This document shows positions 1-9,327 of a DNA stretch of 64,000 nucleotides, in pieces. Numbering within the stretch: the first letter of the stretch is position 1; every line of letters begins with the position of its first letter. The stretch lies in contig CP070685.1 of NCBI GenBank assembly GCA_020352895.1, forward strand, positions 3,356,649 through 3,420,648, written 5' to 3'. A program made the position numbers and the translations under genes. The notes under the pieces were generated by a model. The model was not told the origin of the DNA. It worked only from the letters and a program-made list of their open reading frames with translations, and searched no databases. Origin of the DNA: Phycisphaerales bacterium (GTDB taxonomy: Bacteria > Planctomycetota > Phycisphaerae > UBA1845 > G020352895).

Positions 1-1974
1 AATATATGCCGCGACTTCGACAAGGCCACCAGCCGCGAATGGCTGGAGACCAATGGCTTGGGGGGCTACGCCTCCAGCAGCCTGGCCTTATGTAATACAC
101 GCCGCTACCACGGCCTCCTCGTCGCCGCCACCGAGCCTCCCGTCGTCCGCAAGGTTGTCCTGGCCAAGCTCGACGTCAGGGTATGCCAGCAGGACGCAAC
201 CTGGGAGCTGAGCACGAACAAGTGGCCCGGCGCCGTCCACCCCAGCGGCCATCAGCTTATCAGCTCCTTCGCCAACGAACCGTGGCCTACCTGGGTCTAC
301 GCCGCCCCCGGTTGGCGTCTCCAGCAGGAGATCCTGATGCCCGACGGGCTGAACGCAACCGTGGCGCGCTGGACGCTCCTCCAGTCGCCGGCTCCACTGC
401 GCCTGGAAATTCGGCCCAAGGTGACTTCGCGCGACTTTCATTCCCTCGCACGGAAAGGCGACTTAGGCAAGCCGACTGTGCGGCCCTACAAGCGCGGCTT
501 CCAAGTAACCTGGCTCGACGGTCGGCCTGGCGTCGAGATCATCCACGAAGGCGCCTTCTGCCCCGAACCGGACTTCTACTACAACTACGTTTACGACCGC
601 GAATGGGAGCGTGGCTTTGACTGCGAAGAGGACCTCTTCCAGCCTGGCATCATTGAATTCACGCTGGCGCCGGGCTCAGCCGCGAGCCTCGTCGCCGCCG
701 CCGGCCATACACCGGACGCTTCCCCGCAGGACATCATCGCCGCCGAGCAGGCGCACCGTCAGAGCCAGGTCTTTCCCATGCTGGGCAGCGACGAGGAGGC
801 AATCGAATTGGCCCGCGCGACGCGACACTACCTCGTGCGTCGAGGGGCAGGCTGGACCGTGATCGCGGGGTATCCCTGGTTCGGCGACTGGGGGCGCGAT
901 ACGTTCATCGCCCTGCCCGGGCTCACCCTTGTCACTGGTCGTCACCAGGTGGCCCGCGCAATCCTGACCGCCTTTGCCCCTTACCTTTCCGAGGGCATGA
1001 TGCCCAACCGGTTCCCCGACTCGGGCCAGCCACCCATCTACAACACCGTGGACGCAGCCCTGTGGTACATATACGCCCTGGGGAAGTATCTTGACTACAC
1101 CCATGAAGACGCCCTCGGCCGCGAGCTCTTTCCCGTCGTTCGCGAGATCCTCGACCGCTACGAGCGCGGCACGCGCTATGGCATCCGCCTGGACCACGAC
1201 GGTCTCCTGCTCGCGGGGATTCCCGGCACGCAACTAACCTGGATGGATGCCAAGATCGCCGATTGGGTCGTTACGCCGCGGATCGGCAAGGCCGTGGAGA
1301 TTCAGGCGCTCTGGCACCACGCCCTTCAGGTTGGCCGCCGCCTCGCCCGCGCCTTGGCCTACGAGGATGCTGCCCGACACTATGAGACGCTCACGAGCCG
1401 CGCCGAGGCTTCGTTCGCCCCGACGTTCTGGAACCACGGCGCCGGCTGTTGCCACGATGTTGTCGCTCCGGACGGCACGCCGGACACATCGATCCGCCCC
1501 AACCAGCTTCTCGTGCTGATGCTTGCCGGATGTCTGCTTCCCCCCTCACGCCAGCGCAGACTTCTCGACACGGTCAGCAGCGCACTACTGACCCCCATGG
1601 GCCTGCGCACGCTTGCCCCCGACGATCCTCAATACGTGCCGCGCTATCAGGGCGATCCTCGATCACGCGACGCGGCCTATCACCAGGGCACGGTGTGGCC
1701 TTGGCTGATTGGTCCCTTCATCTCCGCATACATGAACGTCCACACGCCCACCGATGAGGTCCGTCGTCGAGGCCGGTCCCTCCTGGACTCACTATGGGAC
1801 CACCTCGACCAAGCAGGCATCGGTCACATCAGTGAGTTGGCCGATGGAAACAGGCCGTGGATACCGCGGGGCTGCATCGCCCAGGCTTGGTCGGTAGCTG
1901 AGCCTCTTCGCGTCCTTCATGAGCATCTGCGGGTCGAGCCAAGCTCCTGCCGCCCAGCTAGCACGCGCGTCTGA
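1..1974 (+). CDS. glycogen debranching enzyme / amylo-alpha-1,6-glucosidase family protein (5' end outside window)
   Basis: Frame 1 is open from base 1 (..REWLETNGLGGYASSSL), so the TTG at 58 is internal. It has a GDE_N-type N-terminus and GDE_C-type core motifs GYPWFGDWGRDTFIALPG, LTWMDAK and AAYHQGTVWPWLIGPF. Confidence 0.85.
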   Translation, partial: NICRDFDKATSREWLETNGLGGYASSSLALCNTRRYHGLLVAATEPPVVRKVVLAKLDVRVCQQDATWELSTNKWPGAVHPSGHQLISSFANEPWPTWVYAAPGWRLQQEILMPDGLNATVARWTLLQSPAPLRLEIRPKVTSRDFHSLARKGDLGKPTVRPYKRGFQVTWLDGRPGVEIIHEGAFCPEPDFYYNYVYDREWERGFDCEEDLFQPGIIEFTLAPGSAASLVAAAGHTPDASPQDIIAAEQAHRQSQVFPMLGSDEEAIELARATRHYLVRRGAGWTVIAGYPWFGDWGRDTFIALPGLTLVTGRHQVARAILTAFAPYLSEGMMPNRFPDSGQPPIYNTVDAALWYIYALGKYLDYTHEDALGRELFPVVREILDRYERGTRYGIRLDHDGLLLAGIPGTQLTWMDAKIADWVVTPRIGKAVEIQALWHHALQVGRRLARALAYEDAARHYETLTSRAEASFAPTFWNHGAGCCHDVVAPDGTPDTSIRPNQLLVLMLAGCLLPPSRQRRLLDTVSSALLTPMGLRTLAPDDPQYVPRYQGDPRSRDAAYHQGTVWPWLIGPFISAYMNVHTPTDEVRRRGRSLLDSLWDHLDQAGIGHISELADGNRPWIPRGCIAQAWSVAEPLRVLHEHLRVEPSSCRPASTRV

Positions 1975-2258
1975 ATCCCGCCCTTCATTCAGGCGGCCTC
2001 GCCACGCATTCATCCTGAATCGACCACCTCACCGCCGACTTCCCGCCCATTCACGCCGTCCCCTGAATGCGATCCATATGGCGGTCACTAGAGGCCAGGC
2101 CGAGTGCGACAGAGGCGTTGAGGCTCTAACCTCACCAACGGCAGCTCGTCGTATCGGCCTGTTATGCTGTATCACTGTATATTGTGCGTCGCCACACTAC
2201 GATAGCTGACGTTTAGACGAATTAGTACAAAAAAAGTGCCAAAATATCGAACAAAGAC

Positions 2259-2286
2259 TTGCCTTTCACGAACATATCTGTAGATT
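2259..2286 (+). promoter_or_regulatory. candidate sigma-70 promoter of the sigma-factor gene
   Basis: TTGCCT (2259-2264), a 16-nt spacer, then TAGATT (2281-2286). It lies inside a conspicuously AT-rich island (about 2200-2340) in an otherwise GC-rich sequence, about 60 nt upstream of ATG 2347. Confidence 0.3.
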
Positions 2287-2346
2287 TAAACATAATAAAG
2301 CGGTCAAAAGCAGTCGGAAAGCAACCCAGACCCAAGGAGTCTACAC

Positions 2347-3177
2347 ATGAATACCCCCCCAAGCCCTCGCACGAGGAAAACCCGCCGCGGCACTCGGTCG
2401 GGCAGCGGAGCCATGAAGTTTGTGTCGCACCCCAGTCTCACGAGGCCGGGCGCTGAACAGCGCTACCTGGTTCCGGAGATCAGCGAACTCGTGACCCAAC
2501 AGGGCCGCCTCACGACGGACGAGGAAACGAAGCTCTTCCAGGCCTTCCACATGTGCGGCTACCTGGCCAACCGCGAGAAGCGGGCCAATGGCAGCCGGGA
2601 ATCCAAGCGATATACGGAGCTGGCCGAACTCCGGCAGAGCATCCGCCAGCGCCTGGTCGATGCGAACCTCGGGTTGGTATACGAGCTGGTCGGCCGGAAC
2701 CGCTTCACCAACGTGGATAACGACGAACTTGTCAGCGACGGTCTATACGCCCTGTTGCAGGCGGTAGACGCCTTCAACCCGTGGCGCGGCTTCCGTTTCA
2801 GCACCTACGCCTGCAACGCCATCCTGCGGGCCTTCATCCGCCGCTCCATGACCGAGTCCCGTCACCGACAGACGGCGCCGATCAGCTTTGACCCCGACAT
2901 GGACCAGGGTAACCAAGTCCAGATCTTCCATGACAACGCGAAGGGCTTGTACACCGAACGTCTGGCCAGTCTGCTCGATGGGAACGATGTGGACATGAAC
3001 GAAACTGAGCTGTTCGTACTATCGAGGCGTTTTCCGTCGGATCCCAGCCGCAAGCGGCAGACTCTCGAGCAGATCGGACGCGACATTCGCGTAAGCAAGG
3101 AGCGCGTTCGCCAGATCCAGAACGGCGCCCTGCTCAAATTGCGTAGCGCTATGGAGGCAGATCCGGTTCTCCGATAG
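2347..3177 (+). CDS. RNA polymerase sigma factor, sigma-70 family (group 3-like)
   Basis: Region 2 is DELVSDGLYALLQAVDAFNPWRGFRFSTYACNAILRAFIRRS. The region 4 HTH is TLEQIGRDIRVSKERVRQIQNGALLKLR. AAGGAG sits 8 nt upstream of the ATG. The N-terminal tail is basic and Arg/Thr/Ser-rich. Confidence 0.85.
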   Translation: MNTPPSPRTRKTRRGTRSGSGAMKFVSHPSLTRPGAEQRYLVPEISELVTQQGRLTTDEETKLFQAFHMCGYLANREKRANGSRESKRYTELAELRQSIRQRLVDANLGLVYELVGRNRFTNVDNDELVSDGLYALLQAVDAFNPWRGFRFSTYACNAILRAFIRRSMTESRHRQTAPISFDPDMDQGNQVQIFHDNAKGLYTERLASLLDGNDVDMNETELFVLSRRFPSDPSRKRQTLEQIGRDIRVSKERVRQIQNGALLKLRSAMEADPVLR

Positions 3178-3227
3178 GCCGGCTACCGAGACATCAAAGC
3201 ACTGGCAAGGCTTTTCCCCCGCTCCCG

Positions 3228-3259
3228 GCCCGGATAGGAAACGACTCCGGGCTTTTTTT
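3228..3259 (+). terminator. rho-independent terminator after the sigma-factor gene
   Basis: Stem GCCCGGA (3228-3234) pairs with TCCGGGC (3246-3252) and is followed by T7 (3253-3259). Confidence 0.6.
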
Positions 3260-3381
3260 GCCTGCGGCTGGCCGGCCCTCAGCCCGCGGGCCCCATAGGA
3301 CACGAGGCTCCGATTCACAAGGCAATCGGAGCCCACATCACGTGCGAGGGTAGCCAGCTTGCGTCGCGCTACCCGGCCAAC

Positions 3382-3465
3382 TGCGGATGAGAGGACTCGA
3401 ACCTCCACGGGCCGAAGCCCACAGGCACCTGAAGCCTGCGCGTCTGCCAATTCCGCCACATCCGC
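3382..3465 (-). tRNA. tRNA-Leu (anticodon CAG)
   Basis: The reverse complement folds as a class II tRNA. Acceptor GCGGATG/CATCCGC plus discriminator A, anticodon stem CAGGC/GCCTG with loop TTCAGGT, long variable arm TGGGCTTCGGCCCGT, and T-loop GGAGGTTCGAGTCCTCT. Length 84 nt. Confidence 0.9.
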
Positions 3466-3780
3466 TTCGGGCGCAATTCCTTGTCTCTGCTCGTCTTGCG
3501 CGTTTCGCCAGCTCGGCGGACCCCAGCATCGAATCCGGGGCGACCGCGCCGCGACATGCTCGCCACGACGGCCGCCGCCCAGCCAATGTATAGTATCACC
3601 TCGCCGGCATTCCGCAATGCCCCGTGCAGCTTGCTAGTTACGCCCGTCTCGACTGGCTTGGCGGTCTCGCGGCTCATGGTCGCCACCGAAGCGCTAGGGC
3701 GATGCGTTCCGCGCGTGGGCGCGGACCGGGCGTGTGAACAGCGGGGCCTCACCCGAGGAACGTAGCAGGCGGCGCCCACG

Positions 3781-5064
3781 ATGCGTGACCTCCAGCCAAC
3801 CTCATTCACCGTTGCCATAGAGCCGGGCACCGGAACAGACACCGCCGACCGACTCTATACCGCACAGTTCTTTGAAATCTTTGCTGCCGTGATCCTGTTC
3901 ATGACGGGCGCGGCCTTGCAGTTTCACTTCGGGCAATACCTCGAATACCTCGGACATGGCGTGGACACGCTAGGCAGAGTGCTGAGCATCGCCGTGACCG
4001 GCACACTGCTGATCCGCTTCCACATCGGCCGCTGGGTCGATCGATTCGGCTGCCGACCTACTTGGTTGGTCGGCACCGCGGCGGTGGCAGTAGCCGTGGG
4101 CTCGCTCCAGTTTGCCGAACGGCTATGGCTGATCGTGATACTCCGTACTATTCAGAACATGGCCTTCGCCGCCGTAATGACCACGGTCGCCGTCTTCGCC
4201 GCACAGATTGCCCCTCCCCATCGCCGCGCCGAGAGCATCGGGACCATTGGCCTGGCCGGCTTCCTCGGCCTCATCCTCGGCCCGACCCTTGGGGACGTGA
4301 TCTTCTCCGGTAGCGCGGATTCGATACTGCCCTACCGTGTGTTCTTCTCCGCCAGCGCGGCATGCAGCCTGGCCGCTGGGGGCATCATGCTGCGAGTGAA
4401 GCTGCCCGCTCACGGACACGCTCAGAGTGCCGCTTCAACAAGTGCTGTCCGGACGGGTGACCTGTCGACCTTTCGCATCATCATCCAGAACTGGCCCGGC
4501 ACAGTCCTGCTCGTCGGAGTCTGCTTCAGCATGGTGTTCTGCCTGCAGATGTCGTTTCTCGAACGCCTGGCCGAAGCGCGCGGTTTTCGAGACATCAAAG
4601 TCTTCTTCCTCTGCTACGCGCCCACGGCGATGGCGCTTCGGGTGCTCCTGCGACGCATGCCCGAGCGTTTCGGCCGCTCGCGAACCGTGTTGACGGGCCT
4701 GGCCCTGCTGTTCGCCGGGCTGCTCTGCCTGATCGGCATTCGATCGCAGGCCCAGCTCATCCTGCCAGGGTTGCTCATGGGTGCCGGGCATTCTTTCATC
4801 TTCCCGTCCATGGTCGATATCGCCGCGGGGAGTCTGCCTCCCGACTACCGCGGCACAGGGACGGCTCTCATCCTCGGGGCCGGCGACCTGGGTCTTTTGA
4901 CCGGTTTTGCTTGCATGGGGGAGGCAATCGAAGCGAGAGGCTACGACGTAACCATCGCTGCGCTCGCGGGAACGATCCTTGTGGCAGCCGCGGTTTTCGC
5001 GGCGTCCCGCTGGTCATCCGTTCTTCAAGGTCCATCTCGCAGAACCACGCCGCAGACCTCGTGA
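3781..5064 (+). CDS. MFS transporter
   Basis: 427 aa with about 12 hydrophobic spans, in an MFS-like arrangement with a GRWVDRFGCRP loop between TM2 and TM3. The start codon is not verified. Confidence 0.7.
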   Translation: MRDLQPTSFTVAIEPGTGTDTADRLYTAQFFEIFAAVILFMTGAALQFHFGQYLEYLGHGVDTLGRVLSIAVTGTLLIRFHIGRWVDRFGCRPTWLVGTAAVAVAVGSLQFAERLWLIVILRTIQNMAFAAVMTTVAVFAAQIAPPHRRAESIGTIGLAGFLGLILGPTLGDVIFSGSADSILPYRVFFSASAACSLAAGGIMLRVKLPAHGHAQSAASTSAVRTGDLSTFRIIIQNWPGTVLLVGVCFSMVFCLQMSFLERLAEARGFRDIKVFFLCYAPTAMALRVLLRRMPERFGRSRTVLTGLALLFAGLLCLIGIRSQAQLILPGLLMGAGHSFIFPSMVDIAAGSLPPDYRGTGTALILGAGDLGLLTGFACMGEAIEARGYDVTIAALAGTILVAAAVFAASRWSSVLQGPSRRTTPQTS

Positions 5065-5309
5065 CCGCTGCAGTTGACTGCCTGGGAATACGCTCGGCAA
5101 CTCGAACACGCTACCATCGCCTGACGGCCCCTCGTCGTTGAGACACGAGCCGCCGGTTGGAAGCAGCCCGCGCCTGGTGTACTCTGCATCGCGTTAGCGC
5201 ATGACATTGTGTGTATGGCGTGATCCCTGAGCGACTGACGTCTCTGGGACTCCGCACCGAAATCGCGCCGTTGTGCTCCGCTGCCCATAGGCCCATGGGA
5301 GGACGTAGT

Positions 5310-7766
5310 ATGTGCCGACTCGCCGGCTTCGCTGCTATGGCTTTGGCTGTGATCGGCTGGCCCCCTTCCGCCCCGGCCGTCGGAAGCCACTTCGATCCCT
5401 CCGGCTGCCTCGCCTGCCACGAAGGCATTGAGCCCATCCGCGAGCCTGAATCTGAGATGCTCCGCGTGATCAATGAACTTGGCGTGACAATGGGCGATCC
5501 GGAAGGTTGCATCATCTGTCATGGAGGTGACGCTGAAGCACGCACTGAGGAGGACGCCCATGGAGGTCGCTTCTTCTACGCAGACCCGGGCAGCCCCTGG
5601 GTCAACAGAAGTACCTGCGGAAAATGCCACGCGGACCATGTCCGCGCCCAGTGGTACAGCCCCATGATGACCGAGTCGGGCAAGATTCAGGGTACGTCGT
5701 GGTCCTTCGGCGCATTGCAGGGCTACGACCACGTCTGGGCCAACTACGACGCCCGCAATCCGGAGAGGCCGAACGAGCGGCTGGGCACGGCGGATTACCG
5801 CGCGTACATGGCCGATCTTGCGGCCAAGGAACCCGGCGCCTTCCCGGATGAGCAGAAAACCATGCCGGAAGCACCCACCAACCTGAGCCAACTCGCCGAA
5901 CATCCGGAACTGGCCGGCTTCACCTACCACCGCGCCGAATGCCAGCGCTGCCATCTGGGCGTCAAGGGCCGCGACAAACGCGGCGACTATCGCGGCATGG
6001 GCTGCTCCGCCTGCCACATGCCCTACGGCAACGAGGGTCTGTACGAAGGCGGCGACCCGACGATCCCGAAGGACGAGCCGGGACATCTGCTCGTACACAT
6101 GATTCAGTCAACACGCCAGGCCAAGGTCGCCCTGGGCGGCAAGACCTACTCCGGCATCCCCGTCGAGACCTGCACGACGTGCCACGACCGCGGGAAACGC
6201 ATCGGTGTCTCCTTCCAGGGCCTCATGGAAAGCGCATTCCATTCGCCGTATCAGGCCAGCGGAGAAGGGCAGGTCGATCTTCACATTAAGCATTACATCG
6301 CCATGCACCAGGACATTCACTCCACCGAAGGCATGATGTGCCTCGACTGTCACACATCGATCGACGTGCACGGCGACGGTTTCATCGCGGGCACAAACCT
6401 CGCCATGGTTCAGATCGAATGCACGGACTGCCACGGCACACCCTCTGCATACCCCTGGGAGCTTCCTCTCGGCTACGGTGACGAATTCGGCACTCCACCC
6501 CGGATCGGTGAAGCGCGCGGCGTTGCGACCGACCTCAACGCCCGCCTCAGCCAGGGCACGCTCTACGCACCGGAGGACGGATACCTCCGCACCGCGCGCG
6601 GCAACCCGTTTCCCGAAGTCGTGCGCCGCGGAGACCGGGTGATCGTTCACACCGCCGGCGGCAAAGATCTGGAATTGACGCCGCTCAAAACGCTAGCCTC
6701 CGATGATTCGCTGGGTAGAGAACCGCGCGTCGCCATGGTCGCCATCCACAAACACATCGACAAGATGGAATGCTACACCTGTCACGCAGTCTGGATACCA
6801 CAGTGCTACGGCTGCCATCTGAAGATCGACTACTCCAACAGCCTGCGAAGCTTCGACTGGGTCGCTGCCGGCCACATGCACGCCGAGCCCGAGCATGCTG
6901 CCGACCGTGGCGAGGCAGGCTACGACACCTACCTGCACGGCAAGGTCTCGGAGCAGCGCTCCTACATGCGATGGGAAGAGCCACCCATGGCCGTCAACGG
7001 CGAGGGCCGAATCTGCACCTGTACCACGGGATGCCAGCCTTGCGTCACCATCATCGGGCCCAACGGCGAGACCATTCTCCACAACCACATATTTCGCACG
7101 CCCCCCGGTCTGGAGGGCTCCGGCAGCGAAGGCCAGCTTACTCTTGATATGACCCCCGGCCAGCCGCATACCACAGGTCGGGCACGCTCCTGCGAGTCTT
7201 GCCACATGTTGGAAAAGGCCCTCGGTTACGGCATCGGGGGCGGTGCGTACACGCGGCCATGGGACGAGCCAATCACCGTCGACCTCATGACGGCTGGGGG
7301 AGAGATCCTCTCGGAACACGCGCGCCCGCAAATGGAGGGCATTCCGGGGCTTCGGGCCGATTGGTCACAATTCGTCACGCCCGACGGCGAACAACTCATG
7401 ACCGTCGGGCACCATTGGACCGGCTCGCGACCCATGAACGATGCCGAGCGAGCCAACACCGATCGCCGGGGACTCTGCCTGGCTTGCCACCAGGAGATTC
7501 CCACCGAGTCCCTGGCCGTCAGCCTTCTCCATCATGCGGCCGCCTACGCCGGCGCATTGCCCAAGACCAACGAGCAGCACGCCTCCCTGGTGCACAAGAT
7601 TCTGCTGTTCTCCGCATGGGGACAGGCCGGCGGTGCCGTGGGCACGCCCGCCGTCGCGCTTGTCATCGTCGTCTGGCTGATTGCCCGGAAGCGTCGGCGG
7701 ACGCGGCCGTCTGAGTCGGCCGATCGGGAGGCCGGGCCGCAGGGTCCGTCCGACCGCAAACGGTAG
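5310..7766 (+). CDS. multiheme c-type cytochrome (12 CxxCH), signal peptide, C-terminal membrane anchor
   Basis: There are twelve CxxCH motifs: CLACH, CIICH, CGKCH, CQRCH, CSACH, CTTCH, CLDCH, CTDCH, CYTCH, CYGCH, CESCH and CLACH. They include a paired motif CYTCHAVWIPQCYGCH. ATG 5310 is preceded by GGGAGGA and encodes a signal peptide MCRLAGFAAMALAVIGWPPSAPA. The C-terminal TM is AVALVIVVWLIA, followed by RKRRRTR. Confidence 0.85.
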   Translation: MCRLAGFAAMALAVIGWPPSAPAVGSHFDPSGCLACHEGIEPIREPESEMLRVINELGVTMGDPEGCIICHGGDAEARTEEDAHGGRFFYADPGSPWVNRSTCGKCHADHVRAQWYSPMMTESGKIQGTSWSFGALQGYDHVWANYDARNPERPNERLGTADYRAYMADLAAKEPGAFPDEQKTMPEAPTNLSQLAEHPELAGFTYHRAECQRCHLGVKGRDKRGDYRGMGCSACHMPYGNEGLYEGGDPTIPKDEPGHLLVHMIQSTRQAKVALGGKTYSGIPVETCTTCHDRGKRIGVSFQGLMESAFHSPYQASGEGQVDLHIKHYIAMHQDIHSTEGMMCLDCHTSIDVHGDGFIAGTNLAMVQIECTDCHGTPSAYPWELPLGYGDEFGTPPRIGEARGVATDLNARLSQGTLYAPEDGYLRTARGNPFPEVVRRGDRVIVHTAGGKDLELTPLKTLASDDSLGREPRVAMVAIHKHIDKMECYTCHAVWIPQCYGCHLKIDYSNSLRSFDWVAAGHMHAEPEHAADRGEAGYDTYLHGKVSEQRSYMRWEEPPMAVNGEGRICTCTTGCQPCVTIIGPNGETILHNHIFRTPPGLEGSGSEGQLTLDMTPGQPHTTGRARSCESCHMLEKALGYGIGGGAYTRPWDEPITVDLMTAGGEILSEHARPQMEGIPGLRADWSQFVTPDGEQLMTVGHHWTGSRPMNDAERANTDRRGLCLACHQEIPTESLAVSLLHHAAAYAGALPKTNEQHASLVHKILLFSAWGQAGGAVGTPAVALVIVVWLIARKRRRTRPSESADREAGPQGPSDRKR

Positions 7767-7918
7767 CCGCCCTGAACGGGCCCTCGCACCCCAGACTTCG
7801 CGGTGACCCGGGCGCGCCTGCCGTATTGCCACGCTCTCCCACCAGCCATCTGTGAACATCCATCCCCCATGTGCCGATTACAATGCAGGTCAGCTGACGG
7901 GAAATCCGGCTACCCGAA

Positions 7919-9118
7919 ATGGAGAGCACCCTCATGGCGACTCGTGCGTGCCGCATACGGATTCTCAGCCTGCTGTTGCCCGTGGGGCTTTGTGGATGTT
8001 CTGAAACGCTGTTCATCTTCGGCGATCGGCTGGGCGACCTCAGCGATGGCATCGATACGATCGAGCAATGCGTAAGCCCGCTGGAGCCGGCCGATCTCGG
8101 CGAGGTGTTCGCCGGGGCCGTGCCGGTGAACTGGAACGGTGACACGGCGCAGCTATCCGACGACACCCACCAGACTGTCGCAGACTACTACGCAGGTCAA
8201 CTGAGCAGCGAAGTACTCCCCGCGTACTACCTGAACGAACGCATCTTTCACCTTGGTTCCATGACATCCGGCGATCGGCTTGAAGTAGAAATCCTCAGCG
8301 ACGTGGTCAGTGATGTGTGGTTTTACGACTCGGGGTTGACCTTCGCCGGCGGCCGAGCGCACGACCTCGACGGCAACCGCATCATGCTAACCTTCCCGAT
8401 CAACAGCGAGAACCCGGATTGTTTCCTTCGATTCAACTTCTTCTACCTTTCCAACACGGGCAAGCCGATCGCACATATCACGCGAACGCAAGGGACGAGC
8501 CCGGGTGAGCCCCGCGGACAGACCGTGGTGCTCAACTTTGCCGGCTGGTCTCAACTGACGTTCCGCAGCGGTTCACTCAAGCCAACCGACGTAGGCCCAA
8601 CGGAGAATGCCATCGTCCGTGCGGCCGTCGTCCAGACCTTTCGAGAAACCTTCGCCGGATACAACGTGGTCGTATTGTCGAGCGACGACCCGCCGCCGGC
8701 ACAGCCCTATAGCATCATCCACATAGGACCGGCCGACCCTCGCATCGGGACGCTCGGCCAAGCCGAGCACATCGACTTTCAAAACGCCGTACCGGACGAC
8801 GTAGCCGTGGTCGACACCAACCATCGGGCGCTGAGCGCCGCCAGCCTGCTCGGCCCCGAGGTGCTGGGCGCCGCCCTCGGCAAGGTGGCCGCCCACGAAA
8901 TGGGCCACCTGCTGGGTCTTCACCACGTCTCGGACCCAAACGAACTGATGACGGGTGCCGGCTGCCAGGGAGTCGGCCTCGACCCGCTGGCCATGCTAAA
9001 CCGGCAATTTGCGCGAGCGCCTGTCTCGTCGTTCACGAACGATTTCTTCGTCGGATACCAGGATGCACCCGCAATCCTGCGCGATATCGTGGGCATAAGC
9101 GCAACGGATACGCCCTGA
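7919..9118 (+). CDS. metzincin-type zinc metalloprotease lipoprotein
   Basis: HEMGHLLGLHH matches HExxHxxGxxH and is followed by a candidate Met-turn (NELM). The N-terminal signal has lipobox-like LLPVGLCGC. The start could instead be the ATG at 7934. Confidence 0.7.
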   Translation: MESTLMATRACRIRILSLLLPVGLCGCSETLFIFGDRLGDLSDGIDTIEQCVSPLEPADLGEVFAGAVPVNWNGDTAQLSDDTHQTVADYYAGQLSSEVLPAYYLNERIFHLGSMTSGDRLEVEILSDVVSDVWFYDSGLTFAGGRAHDLDGNRIMLTFPINSENPDCFLRFNFFYLSNTGKPIAHITRTQGTSPGEPRGQTVVLNFAGWSQLTFRSGSLKPTDVGPTENAIVRAAVVQTFRETFAGYNVVVLSSDDPPPAQPYSIIHIGPADPRIGTLGQAEHIDFQNAVPDDVAVVDTNHRALSAASLLGPEVLGAALGKVAAHEMGHLLGLHHVSDPNELMTGAGCQGVGLDPLAMLNRQFARAPVSSFTNDFFVGYQDAPAILRDIVGISATDTP

Positions 9119-9327
9119 TCCCGCCGACTTTCGGTCTCTCCCGCCACGGCGGCCTGCAACGTCGCTATTTGCCCGTATTCAAAGTAACGACTACTATCAG
9201 CGGACGCTTTCGCTCAGGTGGTAGTTGAAGTGAGCCTCATGGCGAGGAGCGGCCGGTTGCCCGGGGATCAGACCGGCCGAGGCAGAGCAAAGCGATTCCG
9301 GCGAATTCACTATATAGGAGAACACAG

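Noticed and set aside
5025-6098. A long antisense ORF (357 aa) opposite the cytochrome gene. Many similar long ORFs lie opposite real genes: 13556-14281(-), 14470-15813(-), 22272-23267(-), 24184-25056(+), 25554-26648(-), 27333-28400(-), 29645-30520(-), 38402-39298(-), 53564-54628(-), 54357-55472(-), 55469-56689(-) and 62123-63184(+).
   Set aside because: These are typical high-GC shadow ORFs. They have Arg/Ala/Gly/Pro-rich low-information translations and no recognisable motifs. Each is fully overlapped by a gene with strong family signatures on the other strand.
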